From a virus (Duplodnaviria; Caudoviricetes), in the IMG/VR virus record IMGVR_UViG_3300032130_000001, positions 1 to 53,271 of that record: DNA of 53,271 bases; one strand, given 5' to 3'. Each line of letters begins with the position of its first letter. Position 1 is the first letter of the stretch. Below, piece by piece: positions 1 through 8,608 of the stretch. The notes below the pieces were generated by a model. That model was not told where the DNA came from, ran no database searches, and saw only the letters and a program-made list of their open reading frames with translations. Made by a program: the position numbers and the translations under genes.

Positions 1-2
1 CT

Positions 3-773
3 GTATTAGACGGTTTAAGACTTGGTACAGTTCTTGGTAAGAAATTACAAGTTAGAAATGAAGAAAGAACACTTAAGTGGACTCGTCAAGATTCAGGTCG
101 TATTGACAGAAGATTAATTGCTGAATTAGGTTTTGGTAATGAGAATGTTTTTCAGTCGACATTTACAGAAAAATATGATGATGCTTTTCTTCATATTTCA
201 ATCGATGCATCAGGTTCTATGGGTGGAGAAAAATGGTCAAACTCAATGAAATCAGCGGCTGCAATGTGTAAAGCTGCTTCTATGGTTGGTAACATTCATG
301 TTCAAGTTAGTATTCGTACAACACACGGTCGTAGAGAAACTAAACCTCTTATCGCTATAATTTACGATTCTAAGGTTAACAAGATTGTACACATCAAGAA
401 ATTTTGGAAGCATTTAGATGCAACTGGTACTACACCCGAAGGTCTTTGTTTTGAAGCTATCGAAAAGCAAATAGTTGCTGATTCAAATGGTAGAGACGCA
501 TACTTCTTAAATCTTTCAGACGGTATGCCTTACTACGGTGGTGGTGAAATGTATTACTCAGGTGAAAAAGCTCTTAAGCACACCGCAGATAAAGTTAAGT
601 ATTTCAAAAACAACATGATCAAAGTTCTTAGCTTCTTTATCACCGATGGATACGATAGAAGAGATACACTAAGAGATTTTAGAAAAATGTACGGTAAAGA
701 TGCGGTACAAATTGATCCAACAAGTGTAGTGTCACTAGCAAAAGTATTAAATGCAAAATTTTTAGAGGCTTAA
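3..773 (+). CDS. vWA (MIDAS) domain protein, CobT/MoxR-partner type; 5' end lies outside the window
   Basis: The frame is open from base 3 (VLDGLRLG...SGRIDRR...LHISIDASGSMGG). It has the DxSxS MIDAS motif, GTTPEG and LSDG. The track ORF starting at 219 is only the C-terminal part. Confidence 0.85.
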   Translation, partial: VLDGLRLGTVLGKKLQVRNEERTLKWTRQDSGRIDRRLIAELGFGNENVFQSTFTEKYDDAFLHISIDASGSMGGEKWSNSMKSAAAMCKAASMVGNIHVQVSIRTTHGRRETKPLIAIIYDSKVNKIVHIKKFWKHLDATGTTPEGLCFEAIEKQIVADSNGRDAYFLNLSDGMPYYGGGEMYYSGEKALKHTADKVKYFKNNMIKVLSFFITDGYDRRDTLRDFRKMYGKDAVQIDPTSVVSLAKVLNAKFLEA

Positions 774-871
774 TAGTGATTGTCTAGATATTTATTATCG
801 ATACGTTTGGAGTATACATCGTTAATCGGAACGGGTTCAAATACTCTACAATCCAAAATTGAGGTATATAC

Positions 872-1156
872 GTGAACGCTAAAGATAAACAAGATTTAGA
901 ACTAGTACATTATAGGTTAGATGAACTTGATAAGAGAATGCAAGATATGAAGGTTATTATGAGAGACGATCATAAAGAAGTTATTACAGATTTCAAATTT
1001 ATTAAAGAAAATTTATTTAATCCAAACGAAGGGTTATGGGCAGAAACAAAATTAAATACAACATTCAGAATGAATTCACAGAAGTGGAGAGGTGTGGTAG
1101 GTACAGGTTTTGTAGCACTGATAATTGAAAGAGTTTGGGGAATATTCACGAGTTAA
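872..1156 (+). CDS. hypothetical coiled-coil protein with C-terminal hydrophobic helix
   Basis: GAGGT RBS, GTG start, C-terminal GVVGTGFVALIIERVW. Confidence 0.65.
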   Translation: MNAKDKQDLELVHYRLDELDKRMQDMKVIMRDDHKEVITDFKFIKENLFNPNEGLWAETKLNTTFRMNSQKWRGVVGTGFVALIIERVWGIFTS

Positions 1157-1165
1157 GGAGTCACA

Positions 1166-1966
1166 ATGTACGGTGCAATTAGTTATACACCACCAAAGTG
1201 GACGGAGAAAGTTCATTTCGGTTATACGATGGCAAGATGTTCAGAAATTGCCTATTTAGATAATACAGAAGCAAAAAAAGAGTATAAACGATTAGGGTTT
1301 ACTGCTCATAGATTTTTTGATGAGGATGGAGCACAGTGTCACTGTACGTGGAACGATGAATGGTTTGTTATCGCATTTAGAGGAACACAAGGTAAAGAGT
1401 GGAGTGATATTAAAGCAGATCTTAGTGTTGATTCAGTTGATGCTAAGGGATTTGTTGGTCGCGTGCAGACTGGATTTCAACATGAGTTGGATAAGCTAAT
1501 ACCAAAATTGTTTAAATTTATAATGAAGAAGTATGATCAGAACCGCAAGATCGTATACACCGGTCATTCTTTAGGTGCTGCGATGGCCACACTTGCGGCA
1601 TCTAGAGCTGAGACACATGTTGATAGTTTATTTACGTACGGTTCACCACGAGTTGGTAATGAAAAATTTGTAAGTAGTTTGTCTTATTTACCCCATTTTA
1701 GATTTGTAAACAATGCTGATACCGTTACAAAGGTACCATTCAGACATTGGGGATACCGTCACCATGGAGAGTTGAGATATATAGATGCTAAGGGTGATGT
1801 TGATGCTAAATCACATGTGTGGTCTAGATTTTGGGATAGAATTATTGGAAGATTGGATGGAATATTAAATAGGAATTATTTTGATGGTGTTTCTGATCAT
1901 TCATGTTCGAATTATTGTGAGCACTTACAAAAGTATGAGGAAGAGTATATTAAAGGAGAAGTATGA
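1166..1966 (+). CDS. class 3 lipase (alpha/beta hydrolase)
   Basis: IAFRGT, TGHSLGAAMA nucleophile elbow, TYGSPRVGN, RFVNNADTVTKVP, YRHHG and a C-terminal DH. Confidence 0.92.
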   Translation: MYGAISYTPPKWTEKVHFGYTMARCSEIAYLDNTEAKKEYKRLGFTAHRFFDEDGAQCHCTWNDEWFVIAFRGTQGKEWSDIKADLSVDSVDAKGFVGRVQTGFQHELDKLIPKLFKFIMKKYDQNRKIVYTGHSLGAAMATLAASRAETHVDSLFTYGSPRVGNEKFVSSLSYLPHFRFVNNADTVTKVPFRHWGYRHHGELRYIDAKGDVDAKSHVWSRFWDRIIGRLDGILNRNYFDGVSDHSCSNYCEHLQKYEEEYIKGEV

Positions 1967-2151
1967 TGCCGAAAGCAAAGAAAAAAGCCGGATTTAAGGT
2001 TAACGAATCGGATATTAGAATTTCAGCGAAGAGAACATCTATAAGACGAGAGACTGCTGATAGAAGAAGGAATAGCAATCCTGGTGATGTCTTTTGGGCA
2101 AAGGTCATTAATGGTTTTGAGAATTTCTTAAAATCACCATGGAGCAAATGA
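1963..2151 (+). CDS. hypothetical basic protein
   Basis: AGGAG RBS; ATGA overlap with the upstream gene. Confidence 0.6.
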   Translation: MMPKAKKKAGFKVNESDIRISAKRTSIRRETADRRRNSNPGDVFWAKVINGFENFLKSPWSK

Positions 2152-2417
2152 TGGCAATTAAAATAGTAGCAGAGAGAGTACCACCTGGAGACAGATGGGT
2201 ACTTACAGATGAAGTGATTCAACCGCATGATGAACAGGTTGTGTTAACGTCTCTAACTGATTGTCTGAACGAGATATTTAAGACTACGGGTGATAGAGTT
2301 TTTACAGTCGATGCAGGTAAAGGGAATGTTTCTGTTGAAGAGGAACGAACACGAGGACCAAGAGTGTGGGACTTATACGGTGAAAAATCAGACGACAAAG
2401 AAATACTCAGCGGTTGA
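2148..2417 (+). CDS. hypothetical protein
   Basis: GGAG RBS; ATGA overlap. Confidence 0.6.
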   Translation: MMAIKIVAERVPPGDRWVLTDEVIQPHDEQVVLTSLTDCLNEIFKTTGDRVFTVDAGKGNVSVEEERTRGPRVWDLYGEKSDDKEILSG

Positions 2418-2561
2418 TAAACCAATGTACGTGTTTTCTCTACCCGTATTTGAAGACAAAGAAGTTATTGAAGATAGAGATTGGAGAATCTTAGAAGAGT
2501 GGGTTATAATGATGTACGAAGATAGATTTGATTTAACAATGTTAATGTTAGCGAGGGCATA

Positions 2562-2807
2562 ATGAAACATGAAGACTATAGGAAACTGATGAGGACACCT
2601 TTCGACGAGTTGTCAGCAGAAGACCAAGAGAAACGAACTAATGAATTTCTTAGACGAATGGAATTAGCATCATCGTTTTTATCACAACTTAAAGATGGTA
2701 AAATCCATGATGAGTTTGTAGATTTGATAGAAGATGATGATCCGATGAAGGAAATGATAGAAGTAGTAAAAATAAAAGCAAATGATAATATAGGAGCAGA
2801 AGCATGA
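2562..2807 (+). CDS. hypothetical protein
   Basis: TAATG coupling with the upstream ORF; GAGG RBS. Confidence 0.6.
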   Translation: MKHEDYRKLMRTPFDELSAEDQEKRTNEFLRRMELASSFLSQLKDGKIHDEFVDLIEDDDPMKEMIEVVKIKANDNIGAEA

Positions 2808-3004
2808 ATTTGACTTGGTTTTATTTACATGTAGTATTAGCAACAATAATACTATATAAAGATTACGATGGTACTCTTGAAGAGTCATTAGATAAATTCG
2901 AACAGTCGATAGGGTTGTATACACCACCAGATACTATCGATGCAACACCACCGTATTACATACCACCAATTAGTGAGGAAGATGAAAATGCAGAACGAAG
3001 TTAA
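2804..3004 (+). CDS. small membrane protein
   Basis: N-terminal hydrophobic helix; ATGA overlap; AGGAG RBS. Confidence 0.55.
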   Translation: MNLTWFYLHVVLATIILYKDYDGTLEESLDKFEQSIGLYTPPDTIDATPPYYIPPISEEDENAERS

Positions 3005-3209
3005 TGTGAATCAACAACAGTTAGATCCAAGTAAGATGTCTGTTGTTAAGTGCAAAGAATGTGATCATGATTTGTGGGAACAAAAATTTGAGATACGTAG
3101 AGCATCACCTATTACATCACCTACTGGACAGGAAATGTTTGTACAGATTCCTATGATGGTGTGTAGCAGTTGTGATGTACGGTATCCAGTTAAAGGTGAT
3201 TTATCGTGA
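2988..3209 (+). CDS. zinc-ribbon protein
   Basis: CKEC...CSSC pair. Confidence 0.65.
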   Translation: MQNEVNVNQQQLDPSKMSVVKCKECDHDLWEQKFEIRRASPITSPTGQEMFVQIPMMVCSSCDVRYPVKGDLS

Positions 3210-4402
3210 AATATTCTCCCGAGTACTATGAAAAAATAGAACAGTATAAACGTGCTCATACGGAGGGTATGTACACTCGAGGTAGTAGGGACCCAGCCGA
3301 TAAAATTCCACGAAGAGTAGTTGCACCTTCTATAACGATGCAAGGTGAAGGAATAATGCGGAATGCTAGCTATTTTGCTAACACTACTGTTATTACTCGC
3401 ATGTTAGGTGGTGAAAGATTTATTAACAGTGTACTAGATTACGGTAGTGGAAAGCCAGTTCCACTTACGTTTACACCAGGTAAAGCTGGAGAGTATGACC
3501 CTTCACGAGCAGCTTCTGAGGGTAAGAAGACTCGAGACGATAAACATGTACAAGATTTTTTATATCCACAAAACCAACAGGATTTTATAGAGTATATCGG
3601 TGTTGGTAATAATTTCTATCAGTGGGATCCAGCAATACCAGGAATAGATGATCCTCTTCCACCAGGTGCACAGTGGGATCAAGTGTGGTGTTCGGATGTT
3701 CTAGAACATATACCAGAACAAGATGTGGATGCAGTACTTGATGATTTATTTGCTCGAGCTCGTATATCATTAGTGATATTGATTAGTGCTAGTCCAGGAA
3801 AGCAGATGTTTAGGGATGATGATTACGAATTCGACTATCAGGGAATGAGGGAAGAAGGGGAAGATTTATACAATATTCAACACGTTCCTGAATCGGATAG
3901 ACAATCACTAAAAGCTGGTGATGATCTTCATTGTACGGTACGGGATGCTAAATGGTGGATAGATAAGATAAATAAACAAGCAAGGGCAAGGAATTGGCAA
4001 GATGCAGACGGAAAGTTTTTAAGATGTTCTATTAAAACTGGTCCTGATCAAAAGGGAACGACTTCAGTTCGAGAGACTAGATGGTTTGGAAAGAATCCTA
4101 AAGGACTAACACCGGATACTATGCCAGTGATACAGCGGCAAGGTCAGTGGTGGGAAGATTTTGATAGGATACTGATTGAAAAGAAAGTATATGAGATGGC
4201 ACGGTTTCCAACGTATCGATATGAACAGTGGCCGAAAACTCCTCCGAAAAGGGGTCACGGCAATATGATATACTGGAAAAAGACTGATATGAAAAATCAT
4301 CAAGCTGGTAAGGCAGCACAGCATAAACCCGGTTCTTGGGAATCATCACGAATAGATAAACCATCGAATAGAAAGAGGAATGCAGACGGTACAATAAAAT
4401 GA
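3206..4402 (+). CDS. class I SAM-dependent methyltransferase-like protein with insertions
   Basis: VLDYGSGK motif I; WDPAIPG; DQVWCSDVLEHIPEQDVDAVLDDL; LHCTVRDAKWW. Confidence 0.75.
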   Translation: MKYSPEYYEKIEQYKRAHTEGMYTRGSRDPADKIPRRVVAPSITMQGEGIMRNASYFANTTVITRMLGGERFINSVLDYGSGKPVPLTFTPGKAGEYDPSRAASEGKKTRDDKHVQDFLYPQNQQDFIEYIGVGNNFYQWDPAIPGIDDPLPPGAQWDQVWCSDVLEHIPEQDVDAVLDDLFARARISLVILISASPGKQMFRDDDYEFDYQGMREEGEDLYNIQHVPESDRQSLKAGDDLHCTVRDAKWWIDKINKQARARNWQDADGKFLRCSIKTGPDQKGTTSVRETRWFGKNPKGLTPDTMPVIQRQGQWWEDFDRILIEKKVYEMARFPTYRYEQWPKTPPKRGHGNMIYWKKTDMKNHQAGKAAQHKPGSWESSRIDKPSNRKRNADGTIK

Positions 4403-5283
4403 GATTTGCATTGAAAATACTAAAGTACTTTTTAATATCATTCTTCGTTCTATCAGCAGTAAGAGGACAGTATGCGGTAGGAGATACGATAGATAATTTC
4501 AGTTTGGAGATTTGTGAGAATGGAGAAGGTACATGGGAGTATCATCAAGATGGTGTAGGTAATGTTGTATGGATGAATCTCTTCACGTCATGGTGACCAA
4601 GCTGTCAAGCGGAGGCTCCGTTGTCTGAAAATATGTGGCAAAATTATCAAGACCTACCGGTAGTAGTAATGGGTGTAGGTAGTGATTGGAGTACTTACTC
4701 TTGTGAAGGATGGGTTAATGCATTTGGAATAACATATCCAATGTTAGATGATTACGCTTCAACGGTTTATTGGTTATTCGGTGATGGGTATATTCCGCAT
4801 AACGTTATACTAGATCATCAAGGTGTTGTACTGTATTCACAATCAGGATTTAATTCAAGTGCTATTATAAGTGTCATTAACAGTGCATTAGATAATATAG
4901 ATGCCGATAATGATGGTGTTTATAATGGTAATGATAACTGTCCAGATGATTACAATCCAGAACAAGAAGACGAGGACGGTGATAGTATCGGTGATGCGTG
5001 TGATCCATGTAATAGTTTAGTATTTACCGGTGGAGATTTAAATACCAATCTAACACTTGATATAGCTGACGTCTTACTGTTGGTCAATATACTAATAGAC
5101 GGTGAAGGACCACAGTGTCAAGTAGAATCAGCTGATATGAATGCTGATGGATTAATAAATGTTTTAGACGTTATAACAATGGTTCAACTAATATTGAACG
5201 GTACTGAGGAACAAGCATTGAGATATTTGGAAGAGAATTTTGATTACATCCCAATGACAACGATCGAGTACGAACAACGATGA
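4399..5283 (+). CDS. secreted thioredoxin-fold redoxin (AhpC/TSA/TlpA-like) with UxxC motif, thrombospondin type-3 repeat and dockerin-like domain; probable selenoprotein (in-frame TGA at 4594-4596)
   Basis: Track ORFs 4399-4596 and 4621-5283 are in the same frame. Read-through gives VVWMNLFTSW-U-PSCQAEAP. It also has an N-terminal signal peptide, ITYPML, YIPHNVILD (cis-Pro loop), DADNDGV..DNCPDDYNPEQEDEDGDSIGDACD, and paired GDLNTN..DIADV / ADMNADGLINVLDV. Confidence 0.8.
4606..4623 (+). promoter_or_regulatory. candidate bacterial-type SECIS hairpin
   Basis: CA-(A)-GCGGA-GGC-TCCGT-TG stem-loop, with the loop G 17 nt after the TGA. Confidence 0.55.
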
Positions 5284-5345
5284 ACGGTCGCGAAATTTTT
5301 AACGGTCCGCGTTTCTCGTATATATCACCCAGAGGAGGGTAAAGC

Positions 5346-5699
5346 ATGAACACACGCTCTCGTAAAGATAAGCCGAGATTCCCAAATCTCACAGAGCAGG
5401 AACAAGCCTCGATTCACGCATTCAGCGAGATAACCGATGGTATAGATAAGATGATGAACGATATGAAGGACACACGAGAGGCTCGCAAGGTCTCGAAGTA
5501 CAATCGATACATCTCATGGCTTTGGGAGGTACCTATTAGTATTTTAATAACCGCGTTACTCACGTTTACAATAATCACGTTAGCAGTGGCTACTTTACTG
5601 GTCAGCTCCGTAATATTCGTGTGCACGCTTACGGTAACCATAACCGCGTACGCCCTCGACGAGTGTACACACAGCGTAAGGAAGATATGGAAAACTTAA
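5346..5699 (+). CDS. hypothetical membrane protein
   Basis: GGAGG RBS; long hydrophobic segment. Confidence 0.6.
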   Translation: MNTRSRKDKPRFPNLTEQEQASIHAFSEITDGIDKMMNDMKDTREARKVSKYNRYISWLWEVPISILITALLTFTIITLAVATLLVSSVIFVCTLTVTITAYALDECTHSVRKIWKT

Positions 5700-5836
5700 G
5701 AAGACCGCTACTCGAAGTACTCAAAGACGCTTGGACCGATGGACCCCAAGGTACCGATTGGCTCGTCTACACGGTAGCCGGAATACTGCTATACAAGGCA
5801 GTAAGGTACGTTATACACATACTAACGAGTAACTAG
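5687..5836 (+). CDS. small membrane protein
   Basis: AAGGA RBS; hydrophobic C-terminal half. Confidence 0.5.
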   Translation: MENLRRPLLEVLKDAWTDGPQGTDWLVYTVAGILLYKAVRYVIHILTSN

Positions 5837-6000
5837 TTACGATCACCGGAACTGCACCAAGAGTCCTGATATAGTCATGGTCGACGATGTTATTTAAAGT
5901 AATGTATACTTATGGGTAGCTATATCCTACGTCTGGTGGTTGATCTAGGTACTGTGCGCGCTGTTGTGGTAACTGTTTTCCCCACCCAAAGTATGTATAT

Positions 6001-6351
6001 ATGGCAAACAAGTATGACATTATGACACCAAAATACCTTACAAAAAAGCAAGTTGCTGAGCTCATGCACTGCTCGATAAAGACCGTGGACCGCTACCGCC
6101 GGGCCGGGATCCTACCGTACATAAAGATGGGTAACACGAGCAATGCGAAGGTACTGTTCGAAGAGCAGGACGTGGCAGACTTCATGGCGCGGCGGAAGTA
6201 TAACAGCGGGCTGCGTGTACACGGAGAGGGCTGGGACTACAACTCTGGCTTCAAGCCGGGAGGAGAGCTGGTATCTGGTAGTCGGGGAACCAGCGGATCC
6301 AGGGACTATATCGGCATGGAAGACTATACCGACGTACCGCCAGACTGGTAA
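6001..6351 (+). CDS. excisionase/MerR-like helix-turn-helix DNA-binding protein
   Basis: YLTKKQVAELMHCSIKTVDRYRRAGILPYIK...VLFEEQDVADFM. Confidence 0.8.
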   Translation: MANKYDIMTPKYLTKKQVAELMHCSIKTVDRYRRAGILPYIKMGNTSNAKVLFEEQDVADFMARRKYNSGLRVHGEGWDYNSGFKPGGELVSGSRGTSGSRDYIGMEDYTDVPPDW

Positions 6352-6366
6352 ATTATTTTCGCTTTT

Positions 6367-6411
6367 GTGAAAATAAACATGTACTTATACCGGTTTTTAC
6401 GTGTATATTCT
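6367..6411 (+). promoter_or_regulatory. repeated early-type promoter element, copy 1
   Basis: GTGAAAATAAACATGTACTTATACCGGTTTTTACGTGTATATTCT; near-identical copies at 21225, 26740, 26903 and 33913. Confidence 0.75.
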
Positions 6412-6452
6412 TATAGAACAAATGACTAAATAATAAGCAACTAGAGGTTACC

Positions 6453-7610
6453 ATGACAAACAACATTATAGTAAAAATTGAATCTGTTTCAGCTACTCGT
6501 ACCAGGGCCGTAGCGGCCGATGGCACGGATTACTCAGCTGAGATGCCTTCATACAAGCGTAAACAGATCTTAGCCGAGACCGGTTATGCTGTTCGCAAGG
6601 AAGGTAGCACTGGAAGAGTCTTCTGGCGTCCAGTGTCTGAAGCTGACTACAACGCTACAAGAGCTGTGGAGACTACGGTTGATGATACTCCCTCGGATCA
6701 TAAGGAGATTACCAACTATATTCACACATCTTATAAACTTAAGCCTCGCGGCCTGATGATGAACGAGATCAAGTGGAAGTATCTCGTCAGGTCTGCCGTA
6801 AGAGGTAAGAACATTATGATGACAGGTCCCGCCGGGTGTGGTAAGACTATGGCTGCTAAAGCTTTAGTCACGTCTCTCGACAGACCTGATTTCTACTTTA
6901 ACATGGGTTCTACACAGGATCCTAGAGCTTCCCTCATCGGGAACACCCATTTCAATAAAGAGACGGGTACCTACTTCTCAGAGGCCCTCTTCGTGAAGGC
7001 TATCCAAACTGAGAATGCAGTGATACTTTTAGACGAGTTATCCAGAGCTCACCCAGACGCATGGAATATTCTAATGACGGTCCTCGACGAAGGACAGCGT
7101 TACCTTAGACTGGATGAAGCAGAGGGTCAGTCTACGATCGAAGTGGCAAAGGGTGTCACATTCATCGCAACAGCTAACATTGGTAACGAGTATACCGCAA
7201 CTCGAGTAATGGATCGGGCGTTAGTTGACAGGTTCACCCAAATTGAAATGGATGTACTTAACCAGGATGATGAGACAACGCTCTTAACAATGATTTATCC
7301 AAACGTCAAGGAAGACCTTATTGGTAACGTTGCCGAGTTTGCGTGGGTAACCAGAGTAGAGGCTGGTAACGACGAAGGTAAGCTCAGCACCCATATATCC
7401 ACTAGGTCAACCGTAGAGATTGCAGGGTTGCTGTACGACGGGTTCAGCCTAGCCGAGGCAGCAGAGGTAGCAGTACTACCCAAGTTCGACAACGCTGGTG
7501 GCCTCGAGTCAGAGAGAACCTTCGTAAAGCAGTTACTGCAGAAGTACACCGCAGACGGATCTGCCGAAGAGCTGTTCGCGGACGCAGACGAAGAGGAGTT
7601 AGACAATTAA
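6453..7610 (+). CDS. MoxR/CbbQ-type AAA+ ATPase
   Basis: Walker A GPAGCGKT, Walker B ILLDELSRA, sensor-1 ATAN, and MDRALVDRF arginine finger. Confidence 0.92.
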   Translation: MTNNIIVKIESVSATRTRAVAADGTDYSAEMPSYKRKQILAETGYAVRKEGSTGRVFWRPVSEADYNATRAVETTVDDTPSDHKEITNYIHTSYKLKPRGLMMNEIKWKYLVRSAVRGKNIMMTGPAGCGKTMAAKALVTSLDRPDFYFNMGSTQDPRASLIGNTHFNKETGTYFSEALFVKAIQTENAVILLDELSRAHPDAWNILMTVLDEGQRYLRLDEAEGQSTIEVAKGVTFIATANIGNEYTATRVMDRALVDRFTQIEMDVLNQDDETTLLTMIYPNVKEDLIGNVAEFAWVTRVEAGNDEGKLSTHISTRSTVEIAGLLYDGFSLAEAAEVAVLPKFDNAGGLESERTFVKQLLQKYTADGSAEELFADADEEELDN

Positions 7611-7722
7611 TGTGTGTAGCTGGTAACCTCACACTGGGAGCGACGGGTGGTAGCGATGCCACCCCAGCTCTGCACACAGACCGGGTGCCCGGCGGAAATC
7701 GGAAACGATTATCGTTTTTTTT
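7611..7722 (+). ncRNA. structured intergenic element ending in a terminator-like hairpin
   Basis: TGTGTGT-AGCTG pairs with CAGCT-(CT)-GCACACA, enclosing a GGGTGGTA-GCGA-TGCCACCC GNRA hairpin; then AAACGA-TTA-TCGTTT plus a T-run. Confidence 0.4.
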
Positions 7723-7796
7723 CTGGCGCCCAATCAATATTACCACCACTAAGGTTTTGAACCCCAAAGGTAATATATACAACAACCATATAATAT

Positions 7797-8014
7797 GGGG
7801 TGGCAGCAGAATGGTCGCTAAGAATTCAAGTCCCGGTCAGGAGGAGGGAGGAAGAGGAATAACTGTCCCAGTTCCCTCCTCGCCGGGCAACCCATTATTT
7901 TGTAACTCAATTGGGAGTCCAGTCGACCGGTCAGATATGGAAGGTTCGAGTCCTTTGCAATTGTGTCCATCCCACAACGCTCGCCGCTTGGATGGCTCTG
8001 TTGAGTGCGGTGAG
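7797..8014 (+). ncRNA. candidate structured RNA with a tRNA-like (T-arm) domain
   Basis: GAAGG-TTCGAGT-CCTTT T-arm at 7940-7956; several GC-rich stems (see findings). Confidence 0.4.
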
Positions 8015-8086
8015 TGATATGACTGAGTTTGAATCGGTAGCTTGTAAGGTTTTGGGAATCGTTATATTCCTGTTGTTAGTTATACT

Positions 8087-8608
8087 GTGGGTACAGCTCT
8101 GAAGGTAACTAATGTAGTAGGACCTGAGAGACGTAAGTCTAAGGCTAGGCTCAAGAGAGTTGCTCAGTTGACTAAACCTATGGCTAGACCCAAGTACATG
8201 ACCAATAACGTAGCCGAAGTTACTAGACCGTATTGGAACCAGCCTATCAGTGGTATCTGTTACGATACTGTTTGGGAACTGGCCGAAGCTATTATACCTG
8301 GGGTGTACTGTCATGATAAGCTTAGTAAGCGGAATTTTTACAAGATGAGTAGGGAACAGAACTTTCATTTACGGAGCCTTGACAAGTTAGAGCTTAGGAT
8401 GCTTGATTGGGCCAGACATGTGGATTATAACCAGGCGGATCCTGAGTTCCGTGAGTTTGCTGAGGACGTGGATTACGTACAGCACGGGCAGAAACTGCTC
8501 TTTAAGAGAGCTGTGCAAATCTTCTCTAAGGTGGACAAGCAGAAGTGTAACGAGCTGTACAAGAAGTACTGGCTCCCAATAAAGGTACATCACAGTTATA
8601 CTAAATGA
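8087..8608 (+). CDS. hypothetical protein
   Basis: 173-aa ORF coupled to the next gene by ATGA. Confidence 0.6.
   Translation: MGTALKVTNVVGPERRKSKARLKRVAQLTKPMARPKYMTNNVAEVTRPYWNQPISGICYDTVWELAEAIIPGVYCHDKLSKRNFYKMSREQNFHLRSLDKLELRMLDWARHVDYNQADPEFREFAEDVDYVQHGQKLLFKRAVQIFSKVDKQKCNELYKKYWLPIKVHHSYTK

Noticed and set aside
6001-6351. Prophage or integrative-element boundary
   Set aside because: No integrase, att repeat or host-chromosome genes are present in the window.
7611-7698. ZTP (pfl) riboswitch resemblance (CTGG..GGGAGC..CCGGGTGCCCGG)
   Set aside because: The GACTGGCG and CGCCTGGGC cores are not matched and no purine or folate gene follows.
7610-8017. 135-aa plus-strand ORF and overlapping minus-strand ORFs
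   Set aside because: The protein looks random and the region is better explained by RNA structure. Only the short membrane ORF at 8019-8102 looks plausible.
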